This document shows positions 1-8,353 of a stretch of 64,000 bases of DNA, piece by piece (positions within the stretch are counted from its first letter, which is position 1; every line of letters starts with the position of its first letter). Source of the DNA: a virus. The translations under genes and the position numbers were made by a program. Location: the IMG/VR virus record IMGVR_UViG_3300037722_000226, positions 1-64,000 of that record, one strand, 5' to 3'. Under the pieces are notes generated by a model, which was not told where the DNA came from, did no database searches, and saw only the letters and a program-made list of their open reading frames with translations.

Positions 1-10
1 GCGGCGTCGC

Positions 11-298
11 TCATGGTCTTGCCCTCGGTTTCTTGTTGAACACATCCACGTCCACGAACTCGACGAGATCGAGGCGCTGCGCGAGCTGGCCGGCGTCGAA
101 GTGGTCTTTGTGGGCCTCCCAGAATCCCCGGCAACACACGCCGGAGCCGCGCTTTGCGTGGTGGCACTCGCGGTAGGCGCGGAAGTGGCCCTCCATTCTG
201 GGATCAGCCACGGCGGCCTCGAGCTGCTGAATGTCGAGCGATGAGTCCGGGCGGTAGATGCACGTGGCGCATAGGCGTTGCTGGACCTCGAACTTCAC
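11..298 (-). CDS. hypothetical Cys/His-rich small protein (95 aa)
   Basis: Full ORF 11..298. Composition is balanced, unlike the Arg-rich shadow ORFs. Carries CxxC ... ECHH ... CC motifs. Its stop (11-13) overlaps an ATG at 12-14 that starts another minus-strand gene running off the left edge. Confidence 0.6.
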   Translation of the reverse strand: MKFEVQQRLCATCIYRPDSSLDIQQLEAAVADPRMEGHFRAYRECHHAKRGSGVCCRGFWEAHKDHFDAGQLAQRLDLVEFVDVDVFNKKPRARP

Positions 299-549
299 GA
301 CTGCTGCGCCTTGCGATTGCGCTTGATGCGCATGTCCGTGCTGGGGTTTCGCACGCGACCACGGGTCGGCCAGTCGTGATAAAGCCAGGGATCGAGGAAC
401 AGCTCGCCGTTGCTCGAGCAGTAGGCGCGGATGGCCATCTCAGGCGGCACCAGATCGCCCCAGCCGCGCACGGCGGCCTCGGTGACGCGCATGGCCTTGG
501 CTGTGCTCGCGACGCCGCCCCAATACGAGATCAGCGTGTCTTTGCGCAT
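295..549 (-). CDS. Cro/YdaS-like HTH DNA-binding protein (84 aa)
   Basis: Internal ATG at 547-549 of ORF 295..876; the upstream part is Arg-rich shadow. HTH-like segment: GGVASTAKAMRVTEAAVRGW. ATGA-type overlap with the downstream gene. Confidence 0.6.
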   Translation of the reverse strand: MRKDTLISYWGGVASTAKAMRVTEAAVRGWGDLVPPEMAIRAYCSSNGELFLDPWLYHDWPTRGRVRNPSTDMRIKRNRKAQQS

Positions 550-563
550 CGGCCCAGGTTCCC

Positions 564-950
564 TCAAGTTCCTACGATGCGCTTGATGTCGCGCGTGATC
601 TGCCGGTAGCGCTCCAGGTGTTTCTCGAACACGCGGAGCGCGGCCGACATCTCGATCAGATCCGCCGCGAGTGCATTGTTGCCGCCCGCGTTGGCTTCTC
701 GAGCGTGGCGCATGGCGCGATCGGCAAGATCCCCTGGCGAACGCGGCAAATCTCGCTCCATCTTCGGCGGCGCCGGCATCGGCGAGGTCTCTATGCGCAC
801 GATCGCGTTGTGGCGGTCGCCGTGTATCCAGCCGGCTCTCGTCTCGCGGCAAGGCTCGCCAATGCCGGCCCGGCAAAGCGGGCAGACCACGCTGAAGGAG
901 GCGGGCGGGTATGCCTTGCGCGGCGGCTCGTCGCTGCTGGTGATGCTCAT
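564..950 (-). CDS. zinc-ribbon protein (128 aa)
   Basis: Internal ATG at 948-950 of ORF 564..1223. Motif CPLCRAGIGEPC...H..R is repeated at the N-terminus of the VWA protein (3753..). Confidence 0.6.
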   Translation of the reverse strand: MSITSSDEPPRKAYPPASFSVVCPLCRAGIGEPCRETRAGWIHGDRHNAIVRIETSPMPAPPKMERDLPRSPGDLADRAMRHAREANAGGNNALAADLIEMSAALRVFEKHLERYRQITRDIKRIVGT

Positions 951-1147
951 GGCGTGCTCTCCATTTGTGCCCTCGTGCGCGCCGGTCCTACGTGCTCCAG
1001 CTCCCATTGTGCCCTGCACTGCTTGTTCCATCGCGCGCGGTTGCGCTCGTTGCGCTCGTCGGCGCCCAGGAGGCGATTCGCCTGGTACACCGCGACCTGA
1101 GCGCGAGAGCGGGGATCGTTGAATCTGTCGGTGTCGCGGCGGTTCAT
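947..1147 (-). CDS. hypothetical basic protein (66 aa)
   Basis: ATG at 1145-1147 overlaps the stop of the upstream gene (ATGA). Its own stop overlaps the next start. Confidence 0.45.
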   Translation of the reverse strand: MNRRDTDRFNDPRSRAQVAVYQANRLLGADERNERNRARWNKQCRAQWELEHVGPARTRAQMESTP

Positions 1148-1344
1148 GGCCGCGGCTCCACGCAGCGCTCGTACCATGTGTCGCCCTTCGGGTAGTCGGG
1201 CTCGATGCACCACGCGGGAGCATCGGCGCGCATCGTGAGCGGTGTCGGGGTCTCGGGCGGCTCGTCGCGGTCGCGGCCGATGTACGCCAGGATCATCAGC
1301 CCGAACAGGAGCAGCCACAGTCCCGGATGGCGCAGGAGATTCAT
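1144..1344 (-). CDS. small membrane protein (66 aa)
   Basis: ATG at 1342-1344 in an ATGA overlap. One clear TM helix: LWLLLFGLMILAYIG. Confidence 0.55.
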   Translation of the reverse strand: MNLLRHPGLWLLLFGLMILAYIGRDRDEPPETPTPLTMRADAPAWCIEPDYPKGDTWYERCVEPRP

Positions 1345-1841
1345 GGCTGCGTCGGCGCGATGGCATCGGCCGCGTCCGCCTCCCGCTCGGCTATGCGCTG
1401 GCCCTCGTCGTGGTCGACCTTGAGATGGCGCTCCGGCGCCGCGCCGCCGCCGCAGTAGTAGACGCCGCCGGCAGCCAAGACCCCGCGCACGAGCTTCGCC
1501 TCTTCCGCGTCGATCGTCTCGGCGTTGTCGATCAAGAATTCCTCCAGCTTCCCGCTCCATTCGACGGCGCCCGTGGCCGGATCGATAAGCACGACGGCTA
1601 TGCCCGGCGCGGCCTCTATCCGGCTGATCTGCTCACCGTAGGCCCACGGGCCGGCGGCCGTGCTGACGACGACGCGGCGCCCCCTGACCTCAGACCACGG
1701 GATTTCATCGACCGGCGTGCCCTCCTTGAAGCCCGGATCGCAGACCTCGATGTCCGTGACCTTCGTCGGTCGCGCCGGGGCTGTGCCAAAGCCGCCGCGC
1801 CACATGACGGTATCGCCGATTCTCAGGATGTCGTTGCTCAT
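1341..1841 (-). CDS. hypothetical protein (166 aa)
   Basis: ATG at 1839-1841 preceded by GGAGA. The remaining 5' part of ORF 1341..1907 lacks an RBS. Confidence 0.6.
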   Translation of the reverse strand: MSNDILRIGDTVMWRGGFGTAPARPTKVTDIEVCDPGFKEGTPVDEIPWSEVRGRRVVVSTAAGPWAYGEQISRIEAAPGIAVVLIDPATGAVEWSGKLEEFLIDNAETIDAEEAKLVRGVLAAGGVYYCGGGAAPERHLKVDHDEGQRIAEREADAADAIAPTQP

Positions 1842-2266
1842 GTTGAATCTCCTTCTGGCTCCACGTGGAACGTGTGAAAATCGTGATGACATTTTGCGCA
1901 TAACCATATGATTTCTAATGGTTTTCTGTAATCTGGATGATGCATGTGCAAGGCGCTATGAGTTGATTTTCCTGGCCATTGGCTCGTCGTCGCTCCGCAG
2001 ACTTGGCACGGCTGCCACTCAATCATGCCGAGCTTGAATGCGTGCGCCGCCAACACACGAGCGTTGTGGCGTTTCTGTTCCTCCGGGGATCGCGTAACGA
2101 CGAATCCTCGCGGTCGTGGTAACAGCTCGCGCAGCGGCGCAAGGCTTTCAAGAGCCTCATAGGCGCAGTCCCGGCAGTAGAGACTGCCCGCGGGTCCGAA
2201 CACCAGGTTCCGCCGGTCAAAAGCTAACTGACATTGCGCGCAGATCATTGGCCTACAATAGCGCAT
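1838..2266 (-). CDS. zinc-ribbon plus HNH-type endonuclease-like protein (142 aa)
   Basis: N-terminal CxxC...CxxC. C-terminal HHPDYRKPLEIIWLCAKCHHDFH matches the small-HNH signature HHxDYxxPLxVxWLCxxCH. The start may instead be the ATG at 2248. Confidence 0.65.
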   Translation of the reverse strand: MRYCRPMICAQCQLAFDRRNLVFGPAGSLYCRDCAYEALESLAPLRELLPRPRGFVVTRSPEEQKRHNARVLAAHAFKLGMIEWQPCQVCGATTSQWPGKSTHSALHMHHPDYRKPLEIIWLCAKCHHDFHTFHVEPEGDST

Positions 2267-2291
2267 CTAAATATCTAGAACAATAATTATC

Positions 2292-2320
2292 TTGACACGG
2301 ATCAGAGCCGAGCGCAGAAT
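2292..2320 (+). promoter_or_regulatory. sigma70-like promoter for the plus early operon
   Basis: TTGACA (2292-2297), 17-nt spacer, CAGAAT (2315-2320). Lies in the only AT-rich divergent gap (2267-2377). Two 6-bp hairpins follow (GAGCCG/CGGCTC and GCTCGC/GCGAGC). Confidence 0.4.
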
Positions 2321-2377
2321 CAGAAAGCGGCTCGCCCGTGAGCGAGCTTAATAACTCATCCAACGGAGACCCATAAC

Positions 2378-3523
2378 ATGCTGATTTCAATAGACGAATT
2401 GCGCAAGACGCTCTGCGCGTCACTGATCGAGCGCGAGCCAGAAATCGAGGCGGCCTTGCTCGGCCTCGTGGCGCGCGAACACGTGCTGCTCGTCGGACCG
2501 CCGGGCACCGCCAAGTCGGCGCTTTCGAACGGCATCACGTCGGCCATTGCCGAGGCGCATGCGTTCACAGTGCTGCTGACGAAATTCACCACGCCCGAAG
2601 AGCTGTTCGGCCCGGTGAAACTCTCGGCGCTGCGCGAGGATCGTTACGAGCGCGCGACCGATGGCTACATGCCCACGGCACACGTCGCGTTCATCGATGA
2701 AGTGTGGAAAGCCTCGAGCGCCATCCTGAACACCCTGCTGACGATGCTCCAGGAGCGCGGATTCGATAACGGTGGCGTGCGGATGGCCTGCCCGCTGCGC
2801 ATCGCCATCGCGGCTTCGAACGAGTGGCCGAGCGCCGAGGACGGTCAGGAGCTTGGAGCCATCTTTGATCGCTTCCTGATCCGCCGACTGGTTCGTCCGG
2901 TCTCGCCGTCGAACCGAGCCAAGTTGTTGTACTCGGTCCTGCCGGTCGTTGAAACCGTGATCTCGCTCGGCGACATCGACCAGGCCGCCGACGAGGCCGC
3001 CAAGCTCAACGTCTCCGACGAGGCACAGGCGACCATGATGAAGATCCTCGACGAGCTGGCGGCCGCCGGCATTCGGCCGGGCGATCGGCGCAGCCGTAAG
3101 GCCATCGGCATCGCGCGCGCCGCGGCATGGCTCGACGGTGCGGCCGAGGTCGGGCCGGCGCATCTCGAGTGCCTGGCCGATGTTCTGTGGTCGTCGCCTG
3201 AGCAGATCGAGAAAACCAGCGAGATCGTGACGCAGATCGCGAATCCAGTCGGCGCCGCGCTGACCGAGCTGCTACGCGAAGTCGACGAGATCGTGAATTC
3301 GGCCGACTCCGGCGACGCGGCCGCGAAGATGACCGCGATCAAGAAGATGGAGAGCTGCGAGAAGAAGGCCGCCAAGCTCGTCGAAGGCTTCAAGACGCCG
3401 GCCGGCGCGGCACGGGCGACCGATCTACAGCGGCACGTGAAGAACGAGCGCATTCGCATCCAGGCGGCGGCGCTCGGAATCGACCCTGAGAAGGCACGCG
3501 CGTTGCTGGGGGGTGCGTCGTGA
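2378..3523 (+). CDS. MoxR/RavA-type AAA+ ATPase (381 aa)
   Basis: Walker A LLVGPPGTAKS, Walker B VAFIDEVWKAS, sensor-1-like IAIAASNE, and LNTLLTMLQER typical of the MoxR clade. Confidence 0.85.
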   Translation: MLISIDELRKTLCASLIEREPEIEAALLGLVAREHVLLVGPPGTAKSALSNGITSAIAEAHAFTVLLTKFTTPEELFGPVKLSALREDRYERATDGYMPTAHVAFIDEVWKASSAILNTLLTMLQERGFDNGGVRMACPLRIAIAASNEWPSAEDGQELGAIFDRFLIRRLVRPVSPSNRAKLLYSVLPVVETVISLGDIDQAADEAAKLNVSDEAQATMMKILDELAAAGIRPGDRRSRKAIGIARAAAWLDGAAEVGPAHLECLADVLWSSPEQIEKTSEIVTQIANPVGAALTELLREVDEIVNSADSGDAAAKMTAIKKMESCEKKAAKLVEGFKTPAGAARATDLQRHVKNERIRIQAAALGIDPEKARALLGGAS

Positions 3524-3756
3524 GCCGCGAAGAGCTGCTGGCGGCCTTCCGTAAAGACGTCTGCGACAAGCATGCCGCTGTTGATCCTGACGCCGAGCGC
3601 GACTGGATGGATCTCAGCTACGGCTATTTTCTCGCGAAAGGCGCGACGCCCGACGAAGCATGGGAGGTTGCGATCGAAGCGAGGTACACCCACGGATATT
3701 GGCTCCCCGGCGTCGATCCGGCAAATATCGACGGCATCGACGGGAGCAAGCCATGA
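3520..3756 (+). CDS. hypothetical acidic protein (78 aa)
   Basis: GTGA overlap with the ATPase stop and ATGA overlap with the next gene. Confidence 0.6.
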   Translation: MSREELLAAFRKDVCDKHAAVDPDAERDWMDLSYGYFLAKGATPDEAWEVAIEARYTHGYWLPGVDPANIDGIDGSKP

Positions 3757-5687
3757 GCCGCTTCCTGTTCACCGATGCAGTCGAGCGGGTTGGTTGCCCG
3801 AAGTGCGCCGCACCGGCCGGCGCTGTTTGCCTGCATCCTAGCGGCCGGCGCGCGCCGACGCCGCACACCGAGCGCACCGCGGCGCTTTCCGCGCTGCCGG
3901 ATTTCGACGCAAAGGATTACGAGCTGCCGGCCGGTCGGCCCGATGAAATCATGGCGGCGCTCAGGGGCGCCAAGCTGCACGACATTCCCAGCGTGCTCGG
4001 AGCAACGGCGTACCCAGATGAAGTCGCCGACGACGAGCCCGAATTCGGCCCCGAAGAACGTGAGATCGCTGACAGGCTGCGCGCGAGCTATCCGGGCTTG
4101 CCGACAGCACACCCAGGTATCGTGGACGCCGCGACGATCACGGACGAAGAGGCGGCGCGCATGGCGCTGGCGTTCCCAAAGCCGGTTTTCCCGGTCGACG
4201 AAGATGCCGTCTTCGACCCCGACACGATGACCGAGCCGCCTAGCGACGACACGCTGCACGCAGCACTCGCGGCCGACGACGACGCGGACACGGGAGGGCT
4301 GGGCGCCGTCGAAGGCGAAGGCGCCCGCCCGACCGAGCCGCGCGCCGAGACGACGCCGACTGTGCTCGACGTCGATCGCTGGGGGCGCGCCAAAGGCAAA
4401 GAGCTGGCCGAGTCGTGGAAGGCGGCCGACGTCGCCGAGCACAAGCCGGAGCACGTTGCCGACGCGCACGCGGCGCTCTTCGAACCGGAGCCGCGCCCGT
4501 CCACGGCGCCCGCTGAGCCGGGCCGTGCGGCCTGGTGGAAGCAGCTGATGGAGTCGCCCGAGTATCAGGCGCTCCACGGCAAGACGGCGCTCGACGGCGG
4601 CCTGAGCGAGCTGGCTTCCAAGTCGATCTGCGATCAGTGGAAAGAGTACGCCGTCGAGAATCCCGAGCCCGCGCCCTGCAAAGACGGCGAGGCGCCGGTC
4701 CCGGCGCCGGGCTCCGAAGGCGAGCCGCTGGCCAAGACGCTCAAGCGCATGCGCTCCACGGCCAAGGCGCTCGCCGAGGCATCCGATACCGTCGACACCG
4801 CGCGCGACACCGCCGCGGCGCTCGGGCTCGGCGGCGACGGCGGCGCGGGGTTCAGCTCGCTCGATCCCAAAGAGCTGACCACGTACTACAACCGCATCAA
4901 GGGCGACAAGTTTCTGCGCAATCTGATGCAGATGGCCGGTCGCATGCGGACCCTGTGCCAGACGCTACAGCGCACCAAGACGCAGCACGGGCGGGATGAT
5001 ACGGTCGGCGTCGAGCTTTCGGGCGACGTGTCGCGGCTCGTGCCGAGCGAGCTGGCGCAGCTCGCGTGCGGCATCCCGGAGCTGGAGTTACTCGCACTCG
5101 ATCGCGTCGCGCGCCGTCAGGCGCTATCGCGGCAGTATCGCGGGATCGAGCGGCTCGGGCAGGGTCCGATCGTCGTCGTCGTGGACGAGAGCGGCAGCAT
5201 GCACGGCGAGCCGGTCATGACGGCCAAGGCCATCGCGCTCGCGCTCGCTTGGCTCGCACGCCGGCAGAAGCGTTGGATCGCGCTGATCGGATTCACGGGC
5301 GGCCGCGGCATGAAGGGCTACAACCGCATTGCGTTCCCGCCAGGCAAGGTCGATCAAGACGCGCTGATCGACTGGCTGAAGCACTTCTACAGCGGCGGCA
5401 GCGACCGCGACATCCCCGTCAAGGAGATCCCGGCCGATTGGTCGCACTTAAAGCAGCTCGGCCTACCGGCGGGCAAGACGGACGTGATCATGATCACCGA
5501 CGCCATTGCTGATGTGCCCCAGCCGATGATCGAGACGTACCGCACCTGGGCGAAGGCCGAGCAGGCGCGGACCTACGGTATCTGCATCGGCCAGGACGAT
5601 GCCGGCGACCTGGGCGGCATCGCCGATCGCCATTGGTGCGTGCCGGACCTGTCGGGCAGCGCCGTCGACGCAGTTCTAAGCATCTGA
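3753..5687 (+). CDS. zinc-ribbon / VWA (MIDAS) domain protein (644 aa)
   Basis: ATG at 3753 in an ATGA overlap. N-terminal CPKCAAPAGAVC...H..R. Long acidic/Pro-rich middle. C-terminal VWA domain with VVVVDESGSMHG (DxSxS). Confidence 0.8.
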   Translation: MSRFLFTDAVERVGCPKCAAPAGAVCLHPSGRRAPTPHTERTAALSALPDFDAKDYELPAGRPDEIMAALRGAKLHDIPSVLGATAYPDEVADDEPEFGPEEREIADRLRASYPGLPTAHPGIVDAATITDEEAARMALAFPKPVFPVDEDAVFDPDTMTEPPSDDTLHAALAADDDADTGGLGAVEGEGARPTEPRAETTPTVLDVDRWGRAKGKELAESWKAADVAEHKPEHVADAHAALFEPEPRPSTAPAEPGRAAWWKQLMESPEYQALHGKTALDGGLSELASKSICDQWKEYAVENPEPAPCKDGEAPVPAPGSEGEPLAKTLKRMRSTAKALAEASDTVDTARDTAAALGLGGDGGAGFSSLDPKELTTYYNRIKGDKFLRNLMQMAGRMRTLCQTLQRTKTQHGRDDTVGVELSGDVSRLVPSELAQLACGIPELELLALDRVARRQALSRQYRGIERLGQGPIVVVVDESGSMHGEPVMTAKAIALALAWLARRQKRWIALIGFTGGRGMKGYNRIAFPPGKVDQDALIDWLKHFYSGGSDRDIPVKEIPADWSHLKQLGLPAGKTDVIMITDAIADVPQPMIETYRTWAKAEQARTYGICIGQDDAGDLGGIADRHWCVPDLSGSAVDAVLSI

Positions 5688-5743
5688 AATATCCAACTTT
5701 CACCGGGCTTGAAGCCCTCAATATCCAACTAGGAGTTACCACC

Positions 5744-6598
5744 ATGACAGTCTCAGAAACCACCCCCACAGGCCAGCTCGGAACGATCGTTTCATGGCGC
5801 GTGCCGTCGAGCGTCGCATTCGGGCTGTTGCAAAAGGCACTCGCGACCTCGGGCTTTGATGCCGATCTCGCGAGCGAGCTGCAGCCGGCACACGCCCTGA
5901 GCCGCGCACTGAACGAGATGCGCAAGGGCCGCGTGATCCGCCGGACCGGCCGCGAGGACGACTTGATCGGCTTCCAGTTCACGAAGGAATGGCTCGACGA
6001 GCACGCCAAGGAGATCATGTACGATCGCGAGGCGCATCTCACGCTCGACGTCAAAACAGGCGCCGTGGCCTGCAAGGACAGCGAAGAGATCGCCGAGCGC
6101 GCGCGCGAGCTGCTGGCCGAACACAACGCGAAGCGTCTCACGTCGGACCTGACTCGACTCCTGCACCGCATCTACACGGCGTACAAGGCCGACTTGATCC
6201 CGATCCGCGAGCAGGGGGGCGCCTACTTCGTGCCCGACATGCACGACGCCCTGGTCAATCAGACTTACACGCTGCTCGAGGCGATCGGCGGGAAGCTCCG
6301 CAGATTCCAAGTCCGGCTTGGCTCGGCCGAGACCGCCGAGTCCGTGGCCAATTCGATGTCAGAGTACCTGACGCAGCTCATCGAGGAATTCCGCGACACG
6401 TGCGAAAGCGTGACCGGCGACAGCCGCAAGGATGTCATCGAGAACCGCGTCGGCACGATCGGGGATCTGCGCCGCAAGCTGGATCTGTACCGTGGCCTAC
6501 TGTCCGGCTACGCCGAGGCGATCACAGAGCAAGTCGAGACGGCTGAAGTCGAGCTGATGCGCAAGCTGGCCGACCGCACGACGAAGGAGGCGCCATGA
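5744..6598 (+). CDS. hypothetical coiled-coil protein (284 aa)
   Basis: ATG at 5744 preceded by AGGAG. Non-shadow composition. Last gene of the coupled MoxR/VWA group. Confidence 0.65.
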   Translation: MTVSETTPTGQLGTIVSWRVPSSVAFGLLQKALATSGFDADLASELQPAHALSRALNEMRKGRVIRRTGREDDLIGFQFTKEWLDEHAKEIMYDREAHLTLDVKTGAVACKDSEEIAERARELLAEHNAKRLTSDLTRLLHRIYTAYKADLIPIREQGGAYFVPDMHDALVNQTYTLLEAIGGKLRRFQVRLGSAETAESVANSMSEYLTQLIEEFRDTCESVTGDSRKDVIENRVGTIGDLRRKLDLYRGLLSGYAEAITEQVETAEVELMRKLADRTTKEAP

Positions 6599-6816
6599 GC
6601 GCCTTCCTTGAGGCGCGCATTAAGGGTCTGCTGCTGCTTTCGTTCCTCGCGTTCGGCGCCGTAGTCCTCTGTGCCATCACCAACCAGCCAGTGGCCGGCG
6701 CGATCTACTTCGTCGGCGGGCTGCTCGGGCATGCCGCTGCGGCCATCGCGACCGCCGTTATTGAGAGCACGTCGCCACCATACGGTCCCGCTGATGGACC
6801 TTCGAGCGGTCGATGA
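6595..6816 (+). CDS. small membrane protein (73 aa)
   Basis: ATGA overlap. Two hydrophobic helices: LLLLSFLAFGAVVLCAI and AIYFVGGLLGHAAAAIATAVI. Confidence 0.55.
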   Translation: MSAFLEARIKGLLLLSFLAFGAVVLCAITNQPVAGAIYFVGGLLGHAAAAIATAVIESTSPPYGPADGPSSGR

Positions 6817-6944
6817 TCGCCGAGTGGCTGACCATTCTGGTCGTGTTGATGCTGGTCACGCCGCTCGGCTTGACCATCCTGGGCATGATTATTCGCGCGA
6901 TCGTCCTGCCGATCGTCTGGATGTGCTCGCTCGTCTGGAAGTAG
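6813..6944 (+). CDS. very small membrane protein (43 aa)
   Basis: ATGA overlap at 6813-6816. Hand translation: MIAEWLTILVVLMLVTPLGLTILGMIIRAIVLPIVWMCSLVWK. Below the ORF-track size cut-off. Confidence 0.45.
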   Translation: MIAEWLTILVVLMLVTPLGLTILGMIIRAIVLPIVWMCSLVWK

Positions 6945-7025
6945 GGCACATCGGGTTGAAACGGCTGCCGTCCGCGCGTAGGATGGCGGCCGTGACCTTA
7001 CCCAACGAGCAAAAAGAGACCGAGC

Positions 7026-7241
7026 GTGCCCCAGGTGCTTCCCATGAAAATCAGCGTCTACGACAGGGTGACGGACGGCCGCCGGACGGGGATCGTGATG
7101 GCGATCCAGGGCGGACTGGCAACGGTGAGCTGGCCGCCGCGCAAGCGCGTCCCGAAGGCATGGGAGAACCTGATGCGCAGCATCGAGACGGTGCCGCTGA
7201 TGGACCTTCGAGCGATCGAGCCGCGCAGCCTCGCGGCCTGA
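7026..7241 (+). CDS. hypothetical protein (71 aa; start may be ATG 7044)
   Basis: ORF 7026..7241 with GTG start after AAAGAGA. There is an alternative ATG at 7044. Confidence 0.45.
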   Translation: MPQVLPMKISVYDRVTDGRRTGIVMAIQGGLATVSWPPRKRVPKAWENLMRSIETVPLMDLRAIEPRSLAA

Positions 7242-7282
7242 AGAAAAACGTCTGGAATATCCGCCTGCCCGATGGGCGGCTC

Positions 7283-7678
7283 ATGGCCCGCATCCTGGGC
7301 ACGACGCGCCCAACGCTCGGTGACGGGCTGCGCGCTGGGGAGAAGGTGAGCAGCGGCCCCTATGCCGATCTCAAAACCGCGATGATCACGGAGCGCCTGG
7401 GCATCTACCGGGCGCATCTCTTCCGCACCGTGCTCGAGCAGGGGGTTTTCTGTTTTGACCCGCACCCGGACCGATACGGACGGCACAAGCCTACGCTGCC
7501 TGAAGTCGCGCAGTGGACAGGCTATTCACTGCGCGTGCTGAAGGCGTGGCTGCAACCGCCATCGTCGCCGACGCGCCGCGAGATGCCGCTGCCGGCGATC
7601 CGTCTCATCATCCATGAATTCTGGATGCGCGACGAAGGGCACTACGATTGGCCGAAGCTACTCAGGAAGTGCCGTTAG
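7283..7678 (+). CDS. hypothetical protein (131 aa)
   Basis: C-terminal part of ORF 6671..7678 from ATG 7283. The upstream part is Arg/Pro-rich and overlaps other genes. Confidence 0.5.
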   Translation: MARILGTTRPTLGDGLRAGEKVSSGPYADLKTAMITERLGIYRAHLFRTVLEQGVFCFDPHPDRYGRHKPTLPEVAQWTGYSLRVLKAWLQPPSSPTRREMPLPAIRLIIHEFWMRDEGHYDWPKLLRKCR

Positions 7679-8104
7679 CGCTGCCGCCTTGTTGCGCGCC
7701 TTCTCCGTCGCCGCTTCCGCATCGTAGCGAATCGCTGCGGCCGCGATTTCCGCCGCTTGGCTAATCTGCTCGACCGGCGTGCCCGCTTTGAGCTGCGCGA
7801 TTATTAGATCGAGCGCCTCGCGGAATCCCTTCTTGAGCGCCGCCGCGGTCACGGACTCCACCAGCTCGTCTTTCATGCTGTTGGTCGCCTCGTGCACCTT
7901 GCCGATCTCGAGCTTCAGCTCGCGGTCGCGCGCTTCCTGGGCGAGCCGTTGCGCCTCGGCCGCCGCCTCAGCGCGCAAGATCGCCGCTTCAGCCGCCGCG
8001 TGAGCGCGCTGCTGCGCCAGGAGAAGCCCGATCGCGCCGAGCACGACCGCGATAGCAGTGCCGCCGGCCGTGATCAGGGCGGTAAGAAGAGCTGGATCGT
8101 TCAC
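7658..8104 (-). CDS. membrane-anchored coiled-coil protein (148 aa)
   Basis: N-terminal TM helix (LLTALITAGGTAIAVVLGAIGLLLA) followed by an Ala/Glu-rich helix. Its end overlaps the plus operon convergently. Confidence 0.6.
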   Translation of the reverse strand: MNDPALLTALITAGGTAIAVVLGAIGLLLAQQRAHAAAEAAILRAEAAAEAQRLAQEARDRELKLEIGKVHEATNSMKDELVESVTAAALKKGFREALDLIIAQLKAGTPVEQISQAAEIAAAAIRYDAEAATEKARNKAAALTALPE

Positions 8105-8131
8105 GATTCTGGAGTATACGCGCCCCCGGTC

Positions 8132-8353
8132 TTATTGTCGTACCAGGAGCAACTCGCGGCGCCGCATTCGCTGCATGCGGCGGGCCTTGTTGGAGTAGAC
8201 CCAGCGGCGGAACGTGCGCACACGGCAAATATGTTTCGTGTTAATCGACGTCACGTAGCAGATGAAGTATCGCGACGTCCACAGAATCCGCCGATGCCCG
8301 AGCCGCCGGCAGTACCAGACATCGCCCCATTTCAATCGCACGGGCTTCTTCAT
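8132..8353 (-). CDS. hypothetical basic Cys-containing protein (73 aa)
   Basis: ATG at 8351-8353 in an ATGA overlap with the upstream stop. Locally lower GC. Confidence 0.5.
   Translation of the reverse strand: MKKPVRLKWGDVWYCRRLGHRRILWTSRYFICYVTSINTKHICRVRTFRRWVYSNKARRMQRMRRRELLLVRQ

Noticed and set aside
2420-4577. Minus-strand ORFs 2420..3163, 2845..3693 and 3624..4577 lie opposite the MoxR/VWA genes.
   Set aside because: Their composition is shadow-ORF-like (Arg/Ser/Ala-rich). The plus-strand frames carry Walker A/B and MIDAS motifs.
6961-6993. An imperfect hairpin (ACGGCTGCCGTC / GATGGCGGCCGT) in the gap after the 43-aa membrane gene could be a terminator.
   Set aside because: Only 10 of 12 bp pair, there is no T-run, and plus-strand genes continue downstream. 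At most it is an attenuator, and the support is too weak to annotate.
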